A DNA stretch of 64,000 nucleotides, taken from the NCBI GenBank assembly GCA_041650895.1, contig JBAZKF010000001.1, positions 81,685 through 145,684 on the forward strand, written 5' to 3'. This DNA is from Patescibacteria group bacterium. Lineage in GTDB: Bacteria > Patescibacteriota > Patescibacteriia > 2-01-FULL-39-33. Positions 57,472-64,000 of the stretch are shown one piece after another (within the stretch, counting starts at the first letter, position 1; every line of letters begins with the position of its first letter). The notes under the pieces are model-generated. The model saw only the letters and a program-made list of their open reading frames with translations, ran no database searches and had not been told where the DNA came from. A program made the position numbers and the translations under genes.

Positions 57472-57957
57472 TTATTCAACTGGGGAAATAGTAATCGAAT
57501 GATTTCTGCTATTATACACAGTCCTGTACTCAGAAGGGCCTGACCCAATAATAAGTAATGGTTTTTGAACAATTCTTCTTACATCATCAGGATAACAGCA
57601 ACTATAAATAATCTCATCAACATCCGAGAATCTTTCATTTGCATACCCAAGTAACTCATCAGAAGAAACTTCGTGTTTATCTTCGGGGTGCTTAAATTTA
57701 CCACCATCATAATGAAATGAAAAAAATGCAATTCTTTTGTCTTTTGCGTCAAGATAAAAAGCACCGTTACCCGCCTCTTGCACATTCAAAAATATATAAG
57801 TTAGTCTACCGTCTTGATTTTTTGAATACTTGTAATTGATTCCAAGAGAATCAAGTCTTTCTAATATTGTTTTTTCAACAACTTCAAAAGAATCGTTTTT
57901 TCTTTCCTTGCCAAAAAAATTTTCAGAAATAATTTTCATTCTAAATAACTTTAACAA
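57472..57957 (-). CDS. hypothetical protein (about 155 aa)
   Basis: ORF only. Start may be the second Met (MKIISENFF). Confidence 0.4.
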   Translation of the reverse strand: MLKLFRMKIISENFFGKERKNDSFEVVEKTILERLDSLGINYKYSKNQDGRLTYIFLNVQEAGNGAFYLDAKDKRIAFFSFHYDGGKFKHPEDKHEVSSDELLGYANERFSDVDEIIYSCCYPDDVRRIVQKPLLIIGSGPSEYRTVYNSRNHSITISPVE

Positions 57958-58285
57958 AATAATAATTTATTACATCTAATGTTTCGGCTTATCTGAAGTT
58001 GTGCCACTACCTTTATTTTTCTAATAGAATGGCGAAATGTAACTTTTGCCCTTGCAGACATGCCGTGTTATCTGATGTTTGATAAATATTTTTATGACAA
58101 TTCTTTTATTAAAACATCTAGTATTTTAAACGTAATTTATATTGTTCATTAGATCTTCCAATATTATTTTCTTTTCCTTCAATCACCATAAAATATTCAT
58201 TTAATTTCAGCTAACTATCTATTATAAGAATTGTTTTCGTATAATGTGTAAATATTGATTGTTCTACGAACCGCTACTATCCCAC

Positions 58286-59686
58286 TTAATAAATAATCAC
58301 CGGCGTGCCGATATCCACCCAATCATAAATAATCTTGGCTTCGGGCGTTTTCATGTTGACACAGCCATGACTCATGGGATGGCCAAAATTACTATGCCAA
58401 TAAGTGCCATGGATGGTGTAAGGGCCTTTAAACGAGGCGACCCAAGGCACATTGGGCAAGAAGTAATTCCAGGGGTTAGAGGGCCCGTAATACCAGCTCA
58501 TAGTAACTTTGGGGCGCTTCAAATAGATGTTATACTCCCCTGTCGGAGTCGGCGTGCTGGCCTTGCCTGTTGATACCAGAAAGTCGCCCAGCCATTTGCC
58601 GTCCTGCCAATAGGTCAACAATTGATCAGCTAAATTGACGGTAATGAATTTATAAGACCGGCTTTTGAGTTCGCCAATACGTTCCGGCACAGTAATTATT
58701 TCCGCCACGCCATCATTATTAGTATCGGTCATAGCTACCTTCACTCCCCGGTCAAACCCGTCCCAGCCATAAGCCATAAAATCGCTTAGGCGCTTGCCGG
58801 AAAAATCATAGACGCTCACCCAATCGCTGCCGTTGAAACTTAATCCCACAACTAACTCATCCCTGCCGTCGCCATTAACGTCTCCGGCCGCCAGATTAAA
58901 CCCACCATGGTAATTAGCATCGCCAACAGTAATAGTAGAAATTATTTTATTATCCTGATCCAAAATATACACCTCGGCCGGATTGCCCGAACCGCCGGCC
59001 AAAGCAAACTCCTTAAGGCCATCGCCGTTAAAATCCCCCACTACGGCATTAAGGCCGGAAAAATAATCAGCCAGCCAATTAGGCTTGAAGCTTCTGATCT
59101 GGTGACCGTCATTGCCCAGAAATAATATTTCAGCCGGAGCATTGTAATTGCTTAAAGCCATGATCTCCGATTGATTATCGCGACCCAAATCCCCGGCCAG
59201 TACTCTGACACCCTTGCGAGTGTCACTATCAAAAGGAAAGAAAGAATATTGAGGCTGATCGCCCCGCCACACCCGGACATGCGGACCGCCCGTGTAGCCG
59301 GCGCCGGTAACGACTTCTATATGTCCGTCAGCGTCCAAATCGGCGGCCGACACATAAACTCCGCCACGAAACGTCTCGGCGTAAGCCAAAAATTCATATC
59401 GTTTGATGCCGTCAACTCCGTATTCTTCCACTAACGGCTGATTATTGCCACCGGCCGATACGACAATAATCGGTTCTTCCTGCCCACCCTTGGCCGCCGC
59501 CAAGTCAATACTGCCGGCATAACCGTCGCCGAACACCATAAAGCTCTTCTGCAAAATTCCGCGCCAATTAAAAATCCTGACCTCAGGCTTGACCAAGTCA
59601 ACGGCCGAAGCCGCTACAGGCAAAACCAAAAAAGCCAGGGAAGCCAATAGTACGATCGGTAAAATTAAAAATAATTTCCTAAGCAT
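58286..59686 (-). CDS. secreted L,D-transpeptidase (YkuD domain) with FG-GAP/VCBS-like repeats
   Basis: Signal peptide. Repeated D.DGDG/D.NGDG motifs (DLDADGHIEVVTG, GDFNGDGLKEFALAG, GDVNGDGRDELVVG). C-terminal HGTYWHSNFGHPMSHGCVNM catalytic His/Cys. Confidence 0.8.
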   Translation of the reverse strand: MLRKLFLILPIVLLASLAFLVLPVAASAVDLVKPEVRIFNWRGILQKSFMVFGDGYAGSIDLAAAKGGQEEPIIVVSAGGNNQPLVEEYGVDGIKRYEFLAYAETFRGGVYVSAADLDADGHIEVVTGAGYTGGPHVRVWRGDQPQYSFFPFDSDTRKGVRVLAGDLGRDNQSEIMALSNYNAPAEILFLGNDGHQIRSFKPNWLADYFSGLNAVVGDFNGDGLKEFALAGGSGNPAEVYILDQDNKIISTITVGDANYHGGFNLAAGDVNGDGRDELVVGLSFNGSDWVSVYDFSGKRLSDFMAYGWDGFDRGVKVAMTDTNNDGVAEIITVPERIGELKSRSYKFITVNLADQLLTYWQDGKWLGDFLVSTGKASTPTPTGEYNIYLKRPKVTMSWYYGPSNPWNYFLPNVPWVASFKGPYTIHGTYWHSNFGHPMSHGCVNMKTPEAKIIYDWVDIGTPVIIY

Positions 59687-59719
59687 AAAAGTTATTCATG
59701 ATCGCCATTTCAACCGGAT

Positions 59720-60325
59720 TTAATTTTTCTCTGTATCTTCTTTATGAAAGCGATCAATTAAAATGATATTTTTGTTTTCTAACAAATCAAACAAAAAACG
59801 ATCAGCCAGTGCGCGACGGTAAGTGTAGTCGCTTTTGCTGAGCACGGTGTAATTGATAGCGCGGCCGACTTCGCGTTCAAAGGCCGCCACCAGCCGAGCC
59901 AGCTTGGCGCGATTGGCACCGCCGACAATCAGCATATCAGCCGGAGCGTCATCGCGACCGACAAATAGTCCTGACAGCAAAAACAAATCAATATTACCCA
60001 GCTTTTCCACTTTGCCCACCAACGCCCTTTCCATCAGTAAGTGTGATTTAACCAAAACGGAACGTAACTCCTCAATAAACGGGAAGTCGGGATTGAGCTG
60101 ATAATATTTACGATTGTCGCTGGCTTGCCCTTCTACTTTCTCCAACTTGTCAAAACAGCTAACAATCTGCAAATCTTGCAGATTTTCCAGCTCACGTCGG
60201 ATAGCATTAAGGTGGGAATCCAAATTACGCGCTAATTCGCGGACGAAATAGGGTTGATTGGGGTTATTCAGGAAAAGCTTGAGCAAGAGGACCCTAGTTT
60301 TGGAACCGAATAGTTTTTCTAACAT
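59720..60325 (-). CDS. putative winged-helix transcriptional regulator
   Basis: Likely start MLEKLFGSKTRVLLLKLFLNNPNQPYFVRELARNLDSHLNAIRRELENL (HTH-like). Divergent from the 743-aa gene. Confidence 0.4.
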   Translation of the reverse strand: MLEKLFGSKTRVLLLKLFLNNPNQPYFVRELARNLDSHLNAIRRELENLQDLQIVSCFDKLEKVEGQASDNRKYYQLNPDFPFIEELRSVLVKSHLLMERALVGKVEKLGNIDLFLLSGLFVGRDDAPADMLIVGGANRAKLARLVAAFEREVGRAINYTVLSKSDYTYRRALADRFLFDLLENKNIILIDRFHKEDTEKN

Positions 60326-60428
60326 AAAACTGGTCTCGTAGCTTGATATTAAGATATGTATATTGTATAATATTACTATCATAATGTAAAGGGCTAAATT
60401 TAAGAAAATTCTGAATTTTCTCGCCTAA

Positions 60429-62660
60429 ATGGAAGGAAAAAATCTGACAACAGCCCGATTGGCTATGGAAGCCGACGCTAACATCATCGGCAGCGCTTTT
60501 GTCGTCAAGCCGGAGAAAACCCTAATTAACCGGCTAGGCGTGATTTTTGGCATTGTAGAAATCTACAATTTGAATGATATTTTCATTGACCGAGTACTGG
60601 ACGCCATCGGCGATCTGAAAACCGAATATTACTTGCCCCCATTTGACGATAAAAAGCCGGAAAGACGTTTTGAGGAAGCTTTAGCCAGAGCCAACCGCCG
60701 CATTAGCACGGCTGTAAGCGAATCTATTTATCCGATTGATCTGAGGAACCTGCGGATTGTCATGGGTTTGTCTTTGGGCAACAAAATCTTCTTAAGCCAC
60801 ACCGGCCGCTCTCAAGCCCTGTTTTTCCGCCAGAAAAAAAACGGCAGTCTGCTGATTTTAAATATTTTAGACACGGGCGAAGAACGACCCAAGCCGGAAC
60901 CGGAAAAAGTTTTTTCCAATATTATCTCCGGTGAGATTACGGAACGCGATACTCTAATGGTATGCAATAATGAATTCCTGTCGCTAATGTCGCAAAACGA
61001 CTTGGGCGAAATGCTGGCTTTGGCGCCCGCCGAGGAAGGCATAAAAAAACTGGAGGCGACTCTTCATTCCCAACCATTAAAATCCAATTACTATTCGGTT
61101 TTGCTTAAATCGGCCGATTTCCAACTGATTGCCCCGACAGCCGCTACGGCGATGACCGCCACAACCGAAGCCGCAACCGCCGAAACTGCCGAAACTGTGG
61201 CACCGACAAAAACACCATATCAATTTGATCGGATGCGAGTTGATAACCCCCGTCCGGCCGGCCCAGGACAAACATCTCCGGGAGAAAGCAAAACTCAATC
61301 TTCTCTGGACCGCCTGCTTATCACACAGGTACGAACCGAACAATATCTGACGCCATCGCTGATGCCGGCCTGGCAAAAATTTTTCTTTTTGTTATTCAAA
61401 TATTTTAAGATTTCCCTGGTCTGGCTGGGACGGGGGCTCAACATTACTTTGGTCTGGCTGGGACGGAAACTTCATACCGGCTACAATTTATTGGCCAACA
61501 AAATCATTGCCGGACGCGCCGCCAAAGCCAAACGCATCATCAATACCATTGAACCGAAACGGCCGACTCAAGGAGAGATTCTCAATAAAGATCTGACAAC
61601 CGATGAATTTATGTCGGCGCCCGAACCGATGCAAAGCGAAGTGGCGCAAGATGCCATAGAACAACCACGTCCCCGATCATCGCTCAATTGGCAAGAAAGA
61701 TTTAGTTCAGGTTGGCTAGCGCAAAAAATCAATGCTTGGATCAATGGAATGATTGAAAACTTCCTCAACCTGAGCATCTGGCAAAAAGGCTCACTTGTCG
61801 CCGCTCTGCTTTTGCTGTTAATTTTCAGCCAAAGCGTGGTTTGGATCGGCAGATCTTCAGAGCTGAACTCGCCTCAAACCTCGCCCGTTGGCAAAATCGG
61901 CAACCAGATACAAAGCTTAGTGGATAATGCCGAAGCGCAAAATATTTTTAACGACGAAAAAGGCGCTTACGCTTCCCTGGCTCAAGCTGACGAATTACTA
62001 AAAACAATCCCCGTCAAGCGATCTAATCAGTCCACAATAAATAACTTAAAACAAAAAATAGATGATGTCCGGCGCGTTTTAGGAAAAGAAATCAACCTGG
62101 CCGACCTCAAGCCGACAATTGACCTAAAGCTCAGCAATCCTTCGGCCGATATTATCGGCTTGGCCAAAACCGGCAAATATTTCTGGGTATTTAATAATAG
62201 CGACGCCAAATTCTATCGTTTGGATTCCGGCGCCTGGCAATGGACCACCGCCACTTCTACCGTCACGAATGCCAAGAAACTATCGGCCGTTGATGACAAG
62301 AGCCTGATTGTCATTACCGGTGACAACTCCTCCTATAAGCTGACTTTGGCCAGTATGGCGGCTATAAAGTTCAAGCCGAGCAAGGATTATTTTAATATTA
62401 AAACCGATCTTAAATCTTTGACCCTGGAACCGCCTATCGCCTCCTCTACTATCAGCCAATCAGTCAAGGATGGCGTTTATCAGTATTTATTGGATACGAC
62501 GGTCGGACGATTAGTGGTCTTGGACGACAAAAATGTCCTCAAACGCCAGTACACTGGGCCGTTCATCGCTGACGGCGCGTCTTTTGTCGGTTCGGCCAAA
62601 GACAAAAAATTCTGGGTACTGTTTGACGGTAAGATTTATCAGATCAACTGGGATTTCTAA
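60429..62660 (+). CDS. large hypothetical protein with a central transmembrane segment
   Basis: 743 aa. Central hydrophobic helix (SLVAALLLLLIFSQSVVWIG). Ala/Thr repeat linker. Beta-rich C-terminal half. Confidence 0.45.
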   Translation: MEGKNLTTARLAMEADANIIGSAFVVKPEKTLINRLGVIFGIVEIYNLNDIFIDRVLDAIGDLKTEYYLPPFDDKKPERRFEEALARANRRISTAVSESIYPIDLRNLRIVMGLSLGNKIFLSHTGRSQALFFRQKKNGSLLILNILDTGEERPKPEPEKVFSNIISGEITERDTLMVCNNEFLSLMSQNDLGEMLALAPAEEGIKKLEATLHSQPLKSNYYSVLLKSADFQLIAPTAATAMTATTEAATAETAETVAPTKTPYQFDRMRVDNPRPAGPGQTSPGESKTQSSLDRLLITQVRTEQYLTPSLMPAWQKFFFLLFKYFKISLVWLGRGLNITLVWLGRKLHTGYNLLANKIIAGRAAKAKRIINTIEPKRPTQGEILNKDLTTDEFMSAPEPMQSEVAQDAIEQPRPRSSLNWQERFSSGWLAQKINAWINGMIENFLNLSIWQKGSLVAALLLLLIFSQSVVWIGRSSELNSPQTSPVGKIGNQIQSLVDNAEAQNIFNDEKGAYASLAQADELLKTIPVKRSNQSTINNLKQKIDDVRRVLGKEINLADLKPTIDLKLSNPSADIIGLAKTGKYFWVFNNSDAKFYRLDSGAWQWTTATSTVTNAKKLSAVDDKSLIVITGDNSSYKLTLASMAAIKFKPSKDYFNIKTDLKSLTLEPPIASSTISQSVKDGVYQYLLDTTVGRLVVLDDKNVLKRQYTGPFIADGASFVGSAKDKKFWVLFDGKIYQINWDF

Positions 62661-62753
62661 ATCCGTCATTTTAATGATAATAATCTTTAAAGACAAAAAA
62701 ACATAAACAAAAAACACACCCATTTCACTGAGTGTGTTTTTATTTGGAAAAAA

Positions 62754-63146
62754 TTATTTCAAGGTAACGGTAGCGCCGGCTTCTTCCAATTCTTTCTTAA
62801 TCTTCTCGGCTTCTTCCTTCTTCGCACCTTCTTTGACCATCTTCGGAGCACCATCAACCAAGTCCTTGGCTTCTTTCAAACCCAAATTGGTAATGGTACG
62901 GACAGCCTTAATGACATTGATCTTCTGAGCGCCAGCGGCGGTCAACTCAACGTCAAAACTGTCTTTTTCTTCAGCGGCGGGAGCAGCGCCAGCGGCGGCC
63001 ATCATGACCGGGGCAGCGGCAGAAACGCCGAATTTCTCTTCCAAAACTTTGACCAATTCGGCCAAGTCAATAACGGATAACTTTTCAATTTGTTCAACGA
63101 GAGCCTTGAACTTCTCGGGAACAACGATGTTTTTTTCTTCAGACAT
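62754..63146 (-). CDS. rplL: 50S ribosomal protein L7/L12
   Basis: Canonical L7/L12: N-terminal dimerisation region, Ala/Pro hinge, C-terminal [27 protein letters not shown]. Confidence 0.95.
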   Translation of the reverse strand: MSEEKNIVVPEKFKALVEQIEKLSVIDLAELVKVLEEKFGVSAAAPVMMAAAGAAPAAEEKDSFDVELTAAGAQKINVIKAVRTITNLGLKEAKDLVDGAPKMVKEGAKKEEAEKIKKELEEAGATVTLK

Positions 63147-63175
63147 ATGATTTGTTTAGTTTATTATTATATAGT

Positions 63176-63679
63176 TTAAACGGCTTCTTTTTCTTTGCTC
63201 TCTTTAATGGCGTTCAAAACGCGGGCGATACCGGACATCGGGTTGGCAATACAGCCGACAAGTTTGCCCAATAACACCTGACGGGAAGGAATTCTGGATA
63301 ACTCTTTGACTTTGACGGCATCAATATATTGACTCTCAAAGATGCCACCGGCAAATTGAATTTTATCATGGTCCTTGGCAAAAGTAGCCAAGATTCTGGC
63401 TGGCGCGACTTCGTCTTCGTAAGAAAACAAAGTGGCGATCTCGCCTGAAAATTCTTTTTCTGCTACTTCTTTCATTTTTTGTTCACCCAAGGCCTTCTTT
63501 AACAAAGTCTTTTTGGCCACCAAGTAGTCAATGCCTTCCTCACGGCATTTTTCTCGCAACTTGTTAAGTTCCTTAACCTCAATACCGGAAAAGTTAAACA
63601 TGACGGCGGCTTTCATTTTGGCCAACTTGTCTTCCAAGTTTTGCAAAATAACCGCTTTTTGTGATTTGGTTTTTGGCAT
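63176..63679 (-). CDS. rplJ: 50S ribosomal protein L10
   Basis: 167 aa immediately upstream of rplL. L10-like sequence. Confidence 0.9.
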   Translation of the reverse strand: MPKTKSQKAVILQNLEDKLAKMKAAVMFNFSGIEVKELNKLREKCREEGIDYLVAKKTLLKKALGEQKMKEVAEKEFSGEIATLFSYEDEVAPARILATFAKDHDKIQFAGGIFESQYIDAVKVKELSRIPSRQVLLGKLVGCIANPMSGIARVLNAIKESKEKEAV

Positions 63680-63812
63680 ATTTTTATACTGTTTATATAA
63701 ATAAAAAAACTGCGTTTCCGCAGCAATAAATAGCCAAAATAGGCTAATTTCCTCGGCAGGACTTATCGGGGTTTTGTATCTCCCCCGCCCACTTTCTGCG
63801 GAATATGTTCTA

Positions 63813-63840
63813 ATTATAGCAAATAGGCGAAAAATGTCAA
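63813..63840 (-). promoter_or_regulatory. sigma-70 consensus promoter of rplJ-rplL, with a leader of about 140 nt
   Basis: Minus strand TTGACA (63835-63840), 16-bp spacer, TATAAT (63813-63818). The long structured leader is consistent with an L10 autoregulatory leader. Confidence 0.55.
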
Positions 63841-63844
63841 GAAA

Positions 63845-64000
63845 AAGAGGCCGGGGGAAATTCCCAGGCCTCGCGAAAGTGCTAAGATTCAGTGCTGAAG
63901 CAGATCAGCGAAACTCGTACCGAAAGTACTCGAGGCCGGAGGCGGCGTCGTCCTTCCAAACCGTGATGCGCCCATGGTCACCGTAACCTTCGGTTCGCTA
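63845..64000 (-). ncRNA. GC-rich structured element ending in an intrinsic terminator (unclassified), continues beyond window
   Basis: About 60% GC in a 42% GC genome. Minus strand ends with gaggcc-tgggaatttcccc-cggcctc then ttttt (about 63845-63880). No convincing ORF. Confidence 0.25.

Noticed and set aside
63774-63986. 70-aa plus-strand ORF at the window end.
   Set aside because: It overlaps the rplJ promoter and leader and the GC-rich structured element on the other strand. It is basic and low-complexity. An RNA or leader interpretation is preferred.
1-64000. CRISPR arrays, rRNA operons and additional tRNAs.
   Set aside because: By visual scan there is no regularly spaced short direct-repeat array, no rRNA-like conserved blocks, and only one cloverleaf (tRNA-Lys at 41858-41933).

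Overview
This is a low-GC (about 42%) bacterial chromosomal segment, densely packed with genes, most of them on the minus strand. The reduced gene forms (a 383-aa UvrC-like protein, a 137-aa TsaB), the large repeat-rich surface proteins, and the pairing of PPDK with an ADP-forming acetyl-CoA synthetase suggest a CPR/Patescibacteria-like organism. That attribution is an inference, not something the sequence proves.

Core genes recognised from conserved motifs:
- recJ (partial, runs off the window start), lepA, murJ, an ADP-forming acetyl-CoA synthetase, ppdK, a PfkB kinase, tsaC, truB and a UvrC-like nuclease.
- rpmA, a lytic transglycosylase, pyrG, rplI, an S41 C-terminal processing protease, a DHH phosphoesterase, tgt, dnaB and a ybaB family gene.
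- A cell-wall and division cluster reading mraZ, rsmH, ftsL, ftsI, murF, with a textbook MraZ operator upstream.
- tsaB, an L,D-transpeptidase carrying FG-GAP repeats, and rplL with rplJ (promoter and leader) at the window end.

The 27 to 45 kb stretch is accessory:
- An envelope and glycosylation locus: a DUF11-like surface protein, a 972-aa membrane protein and three GT1 glycosyltransferases. A GC-rich (about 58%) two-gene plus-strand cassette with a consensus promoter is embedded in it.
- A GC-elevated B12-binding radical SAM gene lying in one orientation with a HAD-like gene, a 150-aa ORF and a small ORF that has an in-frame TAG.
- A large serine recombinase gene that is broken by a palindromic insertion (in-frame stop) and by a G-tract frameshift. 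Its 3' end runs into a tRNA-Lys(UUU) gene.
- Four pairs of 20 to 109 bp near-perfect inverted repeats bracketing the radical SAM gene and the recombinase gene.
- A three-gene operon next to the tRNA: two paralogous membrane proteins and a zinc-ribbon protein.

Smaller observations are a tandem pair of paralogous hypothetical genes, duplicated promoter and start modules, short repeated motifs, a decayed gene-fragment duplicate, and a GC-rich structured element at the 3' window edge. No CRISPR array or rRNA was seen.
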